Notes: generated from the letters alone by a model not told the origin. A stretch of 64,000 nt of DNA from Caldisericota bacterium (GCA_052034135.1 JBPOJC010000039.1:1543-65542), one strand, 5' to 3'. Shown: positions 9,219-19,395, numbered from the stretch's first letter. A program made the numbers and translations.

Positions 9219-11012
9219 ATGCAATACAAAAAGAAGTTATTATTTGTTCCTTCAATTTTGTTTTTAATAATAATTGCCTTAATTTTGCTCGGAAATTATT
9301 ATTTTCTAACAGAAGCTTCTGATTGTAAAGGTGGAGTTAATGGTGCAATTGTCTCTAAAATTAATAATACATACAAAGAAAATGTAACAGTAGAAGTTTA
9401 CAATGAAAATAATGAACTTGTATGGAGTGGGAAAACAGAAAGCGATGGGAAATTTGATACTGGTCTTACTTTACCTGAAGGTAATTATAAAGTAATTCCT
9501 TCTAAGACAAATTTTGTATTTACTCCTGAATACAAAGTTGTAGAAGTTAAATGTAATAATAAAGCTTTTGTAGCTTTCACTGTTATGGAAAGATGCAAAG
9601 GTGGAATTATGGGTTCTATTACTCCTTTAGAATATGGATATGATGTAGAAATTAAAATTTATTCTAATGATACAGATGAACTTGTGTGGAGTGGAAAAAC
9701 AGATAGGAATGGTAAATTTACAACAGGTAATATTTTGTATAAAGGGGAATATAAAGTTTTTCCACTTAAAAGTGGACTTATTTTTGAACCTGCTTCTCAA
9801 ACAGTAGATGTAATATGTTCACGTCTTGCAAATACCTCATTTAAAGTTAAACAGGATTGTAAGAGTGGGATAAAGGGTACAGTTATTCCCCAGGATTATG
9901 CTGAATGTGTTAAAATAAAGATATACAATGAAAATAATGAACTTGTATGGAGTGGGTCAACTGATGAAAAGGGAGTTTTTGATACTGATATGTCTCTACC
10001 GGAAGGGAAATATAAAGTTATTCCTTCTAAAGAAGGTTATTACTTTAAACCAGAAAATCAAAGCATTAATACAATATGCGGAAAAGTAGTATCACTCTTT
10101 TCTCAATTCATATGTGATAAATTATGTAAAGGTGCGATAGAAGGAACTATCAAACCTAAAGAACATGGTGAAAACTCCACTATAAAGATTTACAATGAAG
10201 ATGGTGAGCTTGTTTGGACTGATACCGCCTATGAAGAGGGTTATTTTTTTACAGGTTTTATTTTAGACACCGGAACAACTTACTCCTGGAGATATAGGGT
10301 TGTGCCATCTATGGATCAAGCAGTTTATACTCCTCCAAGTATAGAGGTTCCAGTTAAATGCGGAGAAAAGACTTTAGTAGAGTTTACCTGTGAAAATCCA
10401 TGTAAAGGTGGCATACAGGGTGCTATTAACCCTAAAGAGCACAAATATCCGATAAAAATAAATATCTACTCTGAAAAAGATGGAAAACTTGTGTGGAGTG
10501 GTTCCATTAATGATGATGGAGAATTTGACACAGGTTATAATCTACCTATTGCAAAGTACAAAGTAGTTCCTTCGAGTGTAGGCTACTCTTTCGATCCTAA
10601 ATCCGTAATAGTGCAGGTTAGATGTAAGCAAAAAGTATATGTTTCATTTAATTCAATAGAAATCTCTGATTGCCAGGTTCCAGTTAATATAAAAATAAAT
10701 GGACGATGCAGTGATGATTGCAAGAATCTTGTTACATTGTATGTATACAAGAAAAATGAAAATGGTTCATATATACCATATTACACTCTAACATCGATAT
10801 TAGACCAATTTGATAAAACTGGAAAAGCCAGCGCCTCTCTTCCTAAAGGAGAATATATGGTAACACCAAAAAAAACAGGTTGTGGTTATAAATGTGCTGG
10901 TGTTTCAGCGGTAGGTTGTAATTGTTCATCATGCAAGTGCAGTGGTGAAGATGCTATATTCGCAATTACCTGTGATTGCAAAGAAATTAATATATCATTT
11001 TTGTGTTACTAA
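9219..11012 (+). CDS. Secreted protein built from 5-6 tandem carboxypeptidase-regulatory-like / transthyretin-like beta-sandwich modules, ending in a Cys-rich C-terminal region
   Basis: A strong SD (GGGAGG) is followed by a signal/TM segment. About 90-95-aa modules recur, each starting CKGG/CKSG and containing 'ELVWSGKTDxxGKFDTG...EGxYKVxPSK'. The repeats are visible at the DNA level too. The C-terminus has many Cys (CGYKCAGVSAVGCNCSSCKCSG...). Confidence 0.55.
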   Translation: MQYKKKLLFVPSILFLIIIALILLGNYYFLTEASDCKGGVNGAIVSKINNTYKENVTVEVYNENNELVWSGKTESDGKFDTGLTLPEGNYKVIPSKTNFVFTPEYKVVEVKCNNKAFVAFTVMERCKGGIMGSITPLEYGYDVEIKIYSNDTDELVWSGKTDRNGKFTTGNILYKGEYKVFPLKSGLIFEPASQTVDVICSRLANTSFKVKQDCKSGIKGTVIPQDYAECVKIKIYNENNELVWSGSTDEKGVFDTDMSLPEGKYKVIPSKEGYYFKPENQSINTICGKVVSLFSQFICDKLCKGAIEGTIKPKEHGENSTIKIYNEDGELVWTDTAYEEGYFFTGFILDTGTTYSWRYRVVPSMDQAVYTPPSIEVPVKCGEKTLVEFTCENPCKGGIQGAINPKEHKYPIKINIYSEKDGKLVWSGSINDDGEFDTGYNLPIAKYKVVPSSVGYSFDPKSVIVQVRCKQKVYVSFNSIEISDCQVPVNIKINGRCSDDCKNLVTLYVYKKNENGSYIPYYTLTSILDQFDKTGKASASLPKGEYMVTPKKTGCGYKCAGVSAVGCNCSSCKCSGEDAIFAITCDCKEINISFLCY

Positions 11013-11032
11013 TTGTGTTGGTTAAATATATT

Positions 11033-13306
11033 TTAAGACACTAAGAGTGAGGCAAGATAGAGCTGGCCAAAGGATATTCCTCCATCATTTATTGGTACAT
11101 CTTTTGGTAAGTGAACATTAAATCCTTTCTCTGTTAGTATTGATTTTATTCTCTTTAATATATAAACATTCTGAAAAACTCCTCCAGATAGAATTACATC
11201 CTCTACTGAGTAATCCTTCCTTAAAATATTTGATACTTTAAGAATGATTGAGCAAATATAATTATGGAATTTCGCTGATATTTCTTCCTTACCGATACCT
11301 CGCTTAATGTCTGAAACAATGTCAACCATTAATGGTTCGAGTTTTATTATATACTCACCATTTTCTTCTAAAATAACAGGCTCATATGATATTGTAATTA
11401 AGGGAGAGGCAATAGATTCAAGCATCATTGCTCCCTCACCTTCAAAAGTTGTAGTATGGATTAAATCTAATAAGGATGAAACTCCATCAAATAGTCTTCC
11501 AATACTGGAAGTAATAGGCGTATTCATCTTATTTTTTAACATAAAATCAACTATTTGAACTTTGTCAGGCTCTATTGGCAAATTAAGAGGAATCTTATTT
11601 CCAAAACATTTTTTAAGAAGAGTATATGCAATTCTCCATACCTCCCTTGTAGCTATATCGCCACCAGGTAACTCAAAATATTCAAGATGGGCAACTCTTT
11701 TGTAATCTTTTCCCTCACAAAGAAAAATTTCTCCTCCCCATGAATTTCCATCTTCTCCAAAACCAACTCCATCAAAAGATACCCCAATTAAACACTTATC
11801 ATTTAAATTTAAGCTTCCAGCAACAGAAGCAACATGAGCTTTATGATGCTGAATTTTAATGAGAGGAAGATTTAAGCCTTCTGAAAAAATCGTCGAAAGA
11901 TAATCTGGGTGCAAATCGCATGCAACAAATTCTGGTTTTATTGTGAGCAAATCAAGTAAATCATAATATACCCACCTCATATATTCAAAAGAATCTTTAT
12001 TCTTCAAATCACCTATGTGTTGTGAAACATAAATTAAATTATTCTTAGATAGAGCAATTGTGTTTTTTAATTCTCCTCCAAAAGCAACCCCATCTTTTAG
12101 TTTGAATGGGACTTCTATCGGTTCTGGGACGAAACCACGCGATCGCCTTTGAATTAATCTCTCATTGCAAGCAAAAAACACTACTGAATCATCTATTTTT
12201 CGCCTTACCCTTCGATTATTAGTAAGAAAATAGTCAGCCATATCTTTAAGCTTCTCAAAAGCTTCGTCATTTGATGAAACTATGGGTTCGTCATGAACAT
12301 TACCGCTTGTCATAATAAGAGCATTTATTTTAAGATTACGAAAAATTAAATAATGAAGGGGAGTATAAGGAAGCATAATACCAATTTTCTTCAATCCAGG
12401 TGCTACAAATTCTGAGAGGTTATAATTATCACTCTTCTCCAATAGAACGATTGGCCTCTCAACACTTAATAATTCTTTTTCCTCACAACTATTCACGCAA
12501 GCAATCTCTTTTATACTTTCAATATCTGGCATCATAATAGCAAAGGGCTCATTTCCTCTCCTCTTGCTTTGTCTAAGCCTAAAAACTGATTCATCATTAT
12601 AAGCATTTGTCGCTAAATGGAACCCACCTATTCCCTTTATTGCAACTATTTTACCTTCTTCCAATAGCTTTTTACACAAATCTATTGCTTCTTTTGAAGA
12701 TGCTATTAAATTTTTAGAAGAATCAAAAAGAGAAACCTCAGGACCACATTCCTCGCAGGCATTTGGTTCTGCATGATATCTCCTTGTTTGAGGATCATTG
12801 TACTCCTCTAAACAATCACTACACATTTGAAAATCTGACATTGTTGTATTTTCTCGATCATACGGTAGATGTTCTATTATTGAATACCTTGGACCGCAAT
12901 TTGTACAGTTTATGAAGGGATAAAGGTATCTTCGGTTTTCTGGGTCAAATAACTCATCAATGCAATCTTTGCAAATGCAAAGGTCTTTTGGTATGTAAAT
13001 CCTTGATGGACTTTTTACAATAGAGTTTGTTATTCGGAAGTCTTCTTCGTCTTTTAAAGGAATTTCTACATACTCTATTTTTGCTATTTTAGCTACTGGA
13101 GGAGGATTCTCTCTTACTTCCTTAATGAAAGTATTCAGGTTTTCCTCTTCACCTTGGACCTCTAATTTAACAACATCGCTTGTATTGAAAACAAAACCTT
13201 TGAGATTCAAACTTTTTGCTACTTTGTATATAAATGGCCTAAATCCAACGCCCTGAATTACACCTTCTATTACTACTTGAAGCCTTTTTTGCATCAATTC
13301 CTCCAA
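11033..13306 (-). CDS. hypF: [NiFe]-hydrogenase maturation carbamoyltransferase HypF
   Basis: N-terminal acylphosphatase domain (VQGVGFRPF); two CxxC zinc-finger pairs; YrdC-like and Kae1/carbamoyltransferase C-terminal domains; 757 aa. Confidence 0.9.
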   Translation of the reverse strand: MEELMQKRLQVVIEGVIQGVGFRPFIYKVAKSLNLKGFVFNTSDVVKLEVQGEEENLNTFIKEVRENPPPVAKIAKIEYVEIPLKDEEDFRITNSIVKSPSRIYIPKDLCICKDCIDELFDPENRRYLYPFINCTNCGPRYSIIEHLPYDRENTTMSDFQMCSDCLEEYNDPQTRRYHAEPNACEECGPEVSLFDSSKNLIASSKEAIDLCKKLLEEGKIVAIKGIGGFHLATNAYNDESVFRLRQSKRRGNEPFAIMMPDIESIKEIACVNSCEEKELLSVERPIVLLEKSDNYNLSEFVAPGLKKIGIMLPYTPLHYLIFRNLKINALIMTSGNVHDEPIVSSNDEAFEKLKDMADYFLTNNRRVRRKIDDSVVFFACNERLIQRRSRGFVPEPIEVPFKLKDGVAFGGELKNTIALSKNNLIYVSQHIGDLKNKDSFEYMRWVYYDLLDLLTIKPEFVACDLHPDYLSTIFSEGLNLPLIKIQHHKAHVASVAGSLNLNDKCLIGVSFDGVGFGEDGNSWGGEIFLCEGKDYKRVAHLEYFELPGGDIATREVWRIAYTLLKKCFGNKIPLNLPIEPDKVQIVDFMLKNKMNTPITSSIGRLFDGVSSLLDLIHTTTFEGEGAMMLESIASPLITISYEPVILEENGEYIIKLEPLMVDIVSDIKRGIGKEEISAKFHNYICSIILKVSNILRKDYSVEDVILSGGVFQNVYILKRIKSILTEKGFNVHLPKDVPINDGGISFGQLYLASLLVS

Positions 13307-13439
13307 AAATAAAACCTATAAAAAATTATAAAACAACTGTATAATCAAATCTATTATTTGATTTACCTAAACTTAAATCTTTATTTTATAAATAGAAATT
13401 AAGTGAAATATACATACGGTGACGAAAAAAGCGCGGAAT

Positions 13440-13665
13440 AATGTCACGGTCATTCTGAGCGGAGCGAAGAATCTCCTCTTTAATTTTTTTCTTCTTGTAA
13501 AACAGACATTCCTGCCTGGTCATTGTAATTCCAGTATAAATCTTTAATAATACAGAGAGAAGGAGTTCCTTCGGGAGCAAAATACAAGATACGCTCCCTC
13601 AGTAAGACGGAAGGAGTGACAGAAATCTCTTTTTTAACCCACTTATATATATGGAGGGTTTATTA
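13440..13665. repeat. Copy A (shortest) of a dispersed, hairpin-rich intergenic repeat family, between hypB and hypF
   Basis: It shares gtcattctgagcg(g/t)agcgaagaatct, ttccttcgg, ctccctcag..gac and a ..tatatat(t)atggag terminal motif with the 23.6-kb and 45.1-kb copies. Confidence 0.6.
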
Positions 13666-13815
13666 AGCTACTTTGATAACTTTTACAGAATATTGGAAAC
13701 AATTAGAATCAATAGATTTATTAAATTAGTCCTCTACAAACTCTTTAACTTAAGTGTTATATTACGATTATATACAAGAAAGATCTTATCGCAGCGCCTT
13801 TGAACTGTAAATTCA

Positions 13816-14487
13816 TTAAACGTTATCCTTAAATGATGCAACCTTAAGAGAAATATAATCCAAAAAAGGCTGTGTTCCTATTTTTTCTTTTACAGAGAGC
13901 TCAAAAATTTTTGCTTTCCTATTAAGAGAGTTCACTTCCTCTTTAAAACCATCAAAATCAAAAGGAGCGAGTTCTTTCAAATCTATTTTTGATACTACAA
14001 CACAGTCCACATTTTTAAAAATTAAAGGGTATTTAAGAGGTTTATCAGATCCTTCCGGGACTGATAATACCAATAAGCGAAGGCTACAGCCCAATCTAAA
14101 AGATGCAGGACAAACAAGATTCCCTATATTCTCAACAATTAAGAAATCTGTTTTATCAAGGTCTAAATCATTTAAAGCTTTGTGCACCATAAAAGCTTCC
14201 ATATGACAAACAGATGAAAGATTTTCTGTGTTAATTTGAAGAACTTGAATTCCGTATTTATTAAGCCTATCGGAGTCTACGCTTGAAGCAACATCCCCTT
14301 CAATTACAGAGAAGTTGTATTTCTTCCCAAAATTATCTAAGAGAAGCTCGATTAATGTAGTTTTACCTGATCCGGGCGAACCAAGAATTTCAAGTGAAAA
14401 TATTCCCTTTTCTCCAAGAATCCTCTCTATATCAGAAGCAATGAGCTCATTTTCGCTCAAGATATTCTTTATTATTTTGACTTCCAT
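13816..14487 (-). CDS. hypB: Hydrogenase nickel-incorporation GTPase HypB (HypB/UreG family)
   Basis: GSPGSGKTTL P-loop and ENIGNLVCPASF motif. It is called HypB rather than UreG because hypF is adjacent. Confidence 0.75.
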   Translation of the reverse strand: MEVKIIKNILSENELIASDIERILGEKGIFSLEILGSPGSGKTTLIELLLDNFGKKYNFSVIEGDVASSVDSDRLNKYGIQVLQINTENLSSVCHMEAFMVHKALNDLDLDKTDFLIVENIGNLVCPASFRLGCSLRLLVLSVPEGSDKPLKYPLIFKNVDCVVVSKIDLKELAPFDFDGFKEEVNSLNRKAKIFELSVKEKIGTQPFLDYISLKVASFKDNV

Positions 14488-14607
14488 TTTCCTCTCCCAT
14501 TATAAAAAACTTTTTAAGCTATAATATATATTATAGATATATTATAGTTACATAATTGTATTTTAGTAATTTAGTAAATTCTTTTGAAAATAGAGGAAGT
14601 ATAAGAC

Positions 14608-15774
14608 ATGATTAAAATAATTAAAAATTTCTTAATAATAAATTTAATTATATTTATTTTCCTATCACCTCGAGCAAGTGCTGATAATAAAAAATTACTC
14701 AGCAGTAATGAAATATTTTTAACTGTTTCTCCAGATAGTAATAGACTATATGAAGTTGAGTTTACTAATTATTCAGATTTAGAAAGCGAATTCTTGCTTA
14801 AATTCACTAAAGAACTTCCTAAAAACTGGCATATGAAAGCTTGCATTGAAGATATCTGTCTACAGAAAGAATACTTAACTGAAAAAATTAAACCTTGTCA
14901 AAAAAGTTCATTAACAATAAGGCTATTTGCACCAACAGACGCAGAACTCGACAAAGAACTTTCTGCAAGGTTAATGATAGGAGCTATTGAGGATTCTAAT
15001 ATTTCTGAATTTCTAAATATTTATGTTTACCCTGCCTTAAAAAGAACATTGATTTTGTGGATTTCTAAAAATGAAGCATTGCTAAACGATAAGAAATTAA
15101 CTCTTGATTCCCCTCCTATTATAAAAAATAGTAGAACTTTAGTCCCATTTCGATTTATAGGAGAGAGTTTTGGTGCTGATATAAGATGGGACAACAAAGA
15201 GAGAAGAGTTGATTATAAATTAGGAAGCGAGAGTTTATCTCTATGGATTGGTAGTAAAAAGGTAGAAGTCAAAACAGGAAAGGAAGTAAGAACATTTGAA
15301 ATAGATACAGAGCCAATAATAATAAATGGAAGGACTCTTGTACCTGTAAGATTTATCTCTGAGGAATTAGGCGCAAATGTTTTGTGGAGTGAATCTGAAA
15401 GAAAAGTTTCTATAGTATTTCCACGTGAAGACAAAATCCCGGATGATGGGAAAAATTCATTTTACGGAGAGATAGAACCTTCAGAGCTTTATAATTTAAT
15501 CAAGGAAGGAAAAGACATAAAATTAATAGATGTAAGGCTTCCAAGTGAGTACGAAGAAGGTCATATTCCTGGAGCAATAAATATTCCCTATCAAGATATA
15601 AAAGAAGAATTACCAAATAGAGTTGATATAAAAAAAGAAGATTTTATTGTTCTTTACTGCAAAACCGGAGAAAGAGCTGCTATTGCATGCGAAATAATTA
15701 CAAATATGAATTATTCAAATGTTAAGAATCTTACTGGTGGGATAAGTGCCTGGAAATACGAAAAAGAGATTTAA
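14608..15774 (+). CDS. Secreted protein with two copper-amine-oxidase-N-like (stalk) repeats fused to a C-terminal rhodanese domain
   Basis: SD GAGGAAG; signal peptide; two '...NSRTLVPFRFIGESFGADIRWD...' repeats; C-terminal rhodanese with active-site loop YCKTGERA (CxxGxR). Confidence 0.65.
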   Translation: MIKIIKNFLIINLIIFIFLSPRASADNKKLLSSNEIFLTVSPDSNRLYEVEFTNYSDLESEFLLKFTKELPKNWHMKACIEDICLQKEYLTEKIKPCQKSSLTIRLFAPTDAELDKELSARLMIGAIEDSNISEFLNIYVYPALKRTLILWISKNEALLNDKKLTLDSPPIIKNSRTLVPFRFIGESFGADIRWDNKERRVDYKLGSESLSLWIGSKKVEVKTGKEVRTFEIDTEPIIINGRTLVPVRFISEELGANVLWSESERKVSIVFPREDKIPDDGKNSFYGEIEPSELYNLIKEGKDIKLIDVRLPSEYEEGHIPGAINIPYQDIKEELPNRVDIKKEDFIVLYCKTGERAAIACEIITNMNYSNVKNLTGGISAWKYEKEI

Positions 15775-18502
15775 AAAATGTAAACTTAAAAAAATTGTAT
15801 CGTTTTTTTTAGTATTAGGAACCTTGGTAAGTGTACTTTTTAACCTTTCTTTTAGCAATGCTTATGCGAATAATAATATTGCTTCAGCCGGCATTAATAC
15901 TGATTATCTAATCATAGTTGAAAATAGTAATCTATCCAAAGCTGTCCTACCACTTGTAAATTTGAGAAAATCTCAAGGGTTGAATGTAAATATTGTTAAT
16001 GCACCTGACATTTATAAAGCTTACCAGGGAATAGATAATGCCGATAAAATAAGAAATTATTTAAAAGATAAATATAGAGTCTGGAATTTGAAATATCTGC
16101 TTCTTGTAGGTAACGAAAATTCTCTTCCCTACAAAATGCTTTATCCTTCCTATCTTAGGAGTGATAGCAATACGGAGGTCGGTAGAACTCCTTCTAATTT
16201 ATTTTACTCGGATCTTTCTTCTGATTTTGATGCAGACAAAGATAACTATCCTGGAGAATATGTAGAAGATGATAAAGAAATTGATTTTTCAACCGAAATA
16301 ATGGTTGGAAGGATTCCGTTTAGTTCTTCCGAAGACGTTTACAATACTATTAATAATATTGTAAATTTTGAAAAGACTCAAAAAAGTAAAAATGTGCTTC
16401 TTTCAGCGTCAATTTTATCATACGAAAATGAAGAGATTACACCTAAAAAAATGTCTAAAAGAACTGATGGAGCAACACTAACAAATGCTATACATAGAGA
16501 TCTTCTAAAACCAAATGGATATAAAGTAACCAGATTATACGAAAAATCTGGCTTAGCCCCCTCGCTTTATGAAAGCGAATATCCGCTTAAAAAAACCAAC
16601 TTTGAAAATTTACTCAAGACAAATACATATGATTTAGTTTTATGGAATGGACATGGGACTGAAAACGAACTACTCACAAAAATATGGACAGAGGACAAAA
16701 ATAAAAATAAAAAACCTGACAAAAACGAACTTGTATTATCAAATGTACTTTCGAGAGACTCTTTTCGCAATATGGGAAATAGAACGAAAGGAATATTTAT
16801 AACTGGAAGCTGCTCTTCAATAAAACCAGAAAGTGAAAATATTGGAAAAGAAGCTTTAAAGGCTGGTTTTACAAGTTTTATAGGTGGCACAAGAATTAAT
16901 TGGTTTGCAGAAGATTGGAAAAATATTAATGATGGCGGAAATCAGACTTTACTCTATTTCACAATTAGAAACTTAATTCTAAGAAATAATACTATCGGTG
17001 AAGCACTATATTCTGCCGTAGAAGAGTGTGCTTCTGGATATAAAATATACGGGAATAGAGACCTTCAAAATCTTTATTCATTTAATCTATACGGAGATCC
17101 AGCTTCAAGACTTAATCCTATCGAATTTAAAAATATATATGTTTCAGTAGATAGCGAAGAAAAGACAATTAACTTAGGAGAAGAACTGGAATTCCTTTTT
17201 AATATAGCAACAGAGGGAGGAGTAGATCTAAATATTAGTCTTTCGGCAATTGATTATAAAAAAGATATATTTACTCCATTTTTTTACCCAAACACAATAA
17301 AAAATCAAGGCACCGTAAACCTCAAAATCATAATGGCTAAAAATACATTCCCAACAATGTATTGTATGACGATTCATATTAAAACAAACACAAAGAGTGT
17401 CTTTAAAATTTTAAAATTTCTTATATTGCCATGGGAAAGAGGTCCTCAGATTTATCTTTCATACCCTCATTATAACATACTTAGAAATACAGAATTTACA
17501 GTAGATGTTTGTCTAAAAGATGCCTCGAATATCGATACAGTTTATACTGAAATAACATTTGATTCTTCAATAATTTCATCTAACACGAAAAGTATAATTA
17601 TTGGTGAATTTCTCACAAGAGATGGAACAATGCTAATAAAGCAAATAACCTCCATATCGCGAAATACTCTTGGGATTTACTGTACAAGAGGAAAATTTCA
17701 AAAGGGAATGAGTGGCAATGGTACAGTCTTTAGTATTAATTTTCGTTCCATAAAAGAAGGGTATTCAGATATAAAAATTACACGTTATTTCATATTTGAC
17801 CCCGTTGGTAATCAAATCAACTTAAAAAAGTTTGACTCAAATGTCACAGTTTCTAATACAGGTCTATTCATAAATAAAAATATAGCTTCTGGAGAGATTA
17901 CTTCAAAACAATTTTTATCAATAAATGGTTCCGTTAATGGCGAAACTCTGTGGATTGGTGATGATTCCTATAAATATTTAATTGAAATTGTAGATAACGG
18001 TAAATATTCTGAAACTTTGAAACTTAAAGATTTCAGAAATTCTATAGAATTCTCAGCTCAGAGAGAAAGTAATGATTTCACTAAAATAAAAGTGGAAATA
18101 ATAACTAATAGCATAATAAGCATAACTTTAAAGATTGGTATTAGTACTGCTTTAGTTAATGACAAAGAGATTTCTCTTGACACACCACCAATTTTAGAAA
18201 AAGGCAGAACCCTTGTCCCAATAAGGTTTATTAGTGAGTCGATAGGAGCTAATGTTAAGTGGAACGAAAAAGATATGAGTATTGTTATTACTCTTGGAGA
18301 TAAAAAAATATATCTATGGGTTGGGAAAAAGGAATCGATAATTGAGAAAAAAGGTGTTAAAACTACTTATATATTGGATGTTCCACCAAAAATAGTTAAT
18401 AATCGAACTCTTGTACCTTTAAGGTTTATTATGGAAGCTTTCTCTGCTACAGTTACATGGATAGATGAATATAAATTAATAAAGATTAGTTATTATAAAT
18501 AA
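15746..18502 (+). CDS. Peptidase C25 (gingipain-like) family secreted protein with C-terminal stalk repeats
   Basis: Signal peptide. KYLLLVGNENSLPY, WNGHGTEN (His) and FITGSCSS (Cys) resemble the C25 catalytic dyad context. Two copper-amine-oxidase-N-like repeats close the C-terminus. Confidence 0.6.
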   Translation: MPGNTKKRFKKCKLKKIVSFFLVLGTLVSVLFNLSFSNAYANNNIASAGINTDYLIIVENSNLSKAVLPLVNLRKSQGLNVNIVNAPDIYKAYQGIDNADKIRNYLKDKYRVWNLKYLLLVGNENSLPYKMLYPSYLRSDSNTEVGRTPSNLFYSDLSSDFDADKDNYPGEYVEDDKEIDFSTEIMVGRIPFSSSEDVYNTINNIVNFEKTQKSKNVLLSASILSYENEEITPKKMSKRTDGATLTNAIHRDLLKPNGYKVTRLYEKSGLAPSLYESEYPLKKTNFENLLKTNTYDLVLWNGHGTENELLTKIWTEDKNKNKKPDKNELVLSNVLSRDSFRNMGNRTKGIFITGSCSSIKPESENIGKEALKAGFTSFIGGTRINWFAEDWKNINDGGNQTLLYFTIRNLILRNNTIGEALYSAVEECASGYKIYGNRDLQNLYSFNLYGDPASRLNPIEFKNIYVSVDSEEKTINLGEELEFLFNIATEGGVDLNISLSAIDYKKDIFTPFFYPNTIKNQGTVNLKIIMAKNTFPTMYCMTIHIKTNTKSVFKILKFLILPWERGPQIYLSYPHYNILRNTEFTVDVCLKDASNIDTVYTEITFDSSIISSNTKSIIIGEFLTRDGTMLIKQITSISRNTLGIYCTRGKFQKGMSGNGTVFSINFRSIKEGYSDIKITRYFIFDPVGNQINLKKFDSNVTVSNTGLFINKNIASGEITSKQFLSINGSVNGETLWIGDDSYKYLIEIVDNGKYSETLKLKDFRNSIEFSAQRESNDFTKIKVEIITNSIISITLKIGISTALVNDKEISLDTPPILEKGRTLVPIRFISESIGANVKWNEKDMSIVITLGDKKIYLWVGKKESIIEKKGVKTTYILDVPPKIVNNRTLVPLRFIMEAFSATVTWIDEYKLIKISYYK

Positions 18503-18554
18503 TGCGTCAATAACTTATGTCTTTGAATTTTTATTGAATCCATCAAAAAATTAA

Positions 18555-19395
18555 TCAAGTTTTTTTATTACTAATATTATATAAGTAAATCTCTTCAAGA
18601 ATTAGTGCAAAAATTAAAATGATAGATGCAATTATCTGAAACAAACTAACTGAAACTCCAAGCCAAAAGTACTCAATCAAAAATGTTCCAGGCAGAGTAA
18701 GTAAAAAGAATTCTGAAAGCTTAAAGCCTGAAAAGTGCTTCCCTGCTTCAGCCCAGAGCGAGTAAGGAATAGCCGTTAGAATAAAACCAAGGACTATGAT
18801 TAAAACAATAGTTCTCGAAAACAAGATTTCTTTCCCGCACAATTCAAAAAAAGTAAATGGAAGACTTAATAAGAAAATAGGAAAAATTGTAGCAAAAAGC
18901 TTATTTTTGTTTTCACGAATATATTTTAAAGTTGAATTATAAAGACCAAACGCGAGAGAAGTAAATATTGCGAAAATTAAACCTGTACCGAGAATATTGC
19001 TTTTCTTAATTATTGCATCATAAGAAAGTATAAGTATGCCTAAAAAGAAAAGTAGAAAAGAAAGTCTATAAAATTTAACCTTCTCTTTAGTAAGCTTTGC
19101 AAAAAGAAAACTAAAAACAAAAGAACTTGCCTCTATAATCATAACAAGATAACTATTAAGATACTTTAAAGCAATGTTAAATGTAATAAAGTTAAGAAAA
19201 AGGAAAATACCAGGCAAAAACTCTAAATAAGATTTGAAGACCTTCTCGTTAAGATTATTTTTTCTTTTAAAAAGGAATAAACTTAAGAATAAAGCACCAA
19301 TACTTCTATATGTGATTAGCTCAAAAACTCCAAACCCTTCAGTTACAAGAAACCTTGTAACAACAGGATTGGCAGACCAAAGAAGTATAGGAATG
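18555..19395 (-). CDS. EamA/DMT-family-like polytopic membrane transporter; true 5' end uncertain
   Basis: The ORF track starts at an internal TTG (19217). The same frame stays open and hydrophobic upstream to about 19395 ([21 protein letters not shown]...). No ATG/GTG/TTG exists in that extension. Confidence 0.5.

Noticed and set aside
13386-13580. 64-aa ORF (and the 75-aa ORF at 23840..24067) lying inside the intergenic repeat copies
   Set aside because: They fall entirely within the hairpin-rich repeat modules. They have no SD and are not conserved in frame between copies. Their peptide sequences merely reflect the repeat sequence (for example, EILRSAQNDR comes from the gtcattctgagcg..gaagaatc hairpin).
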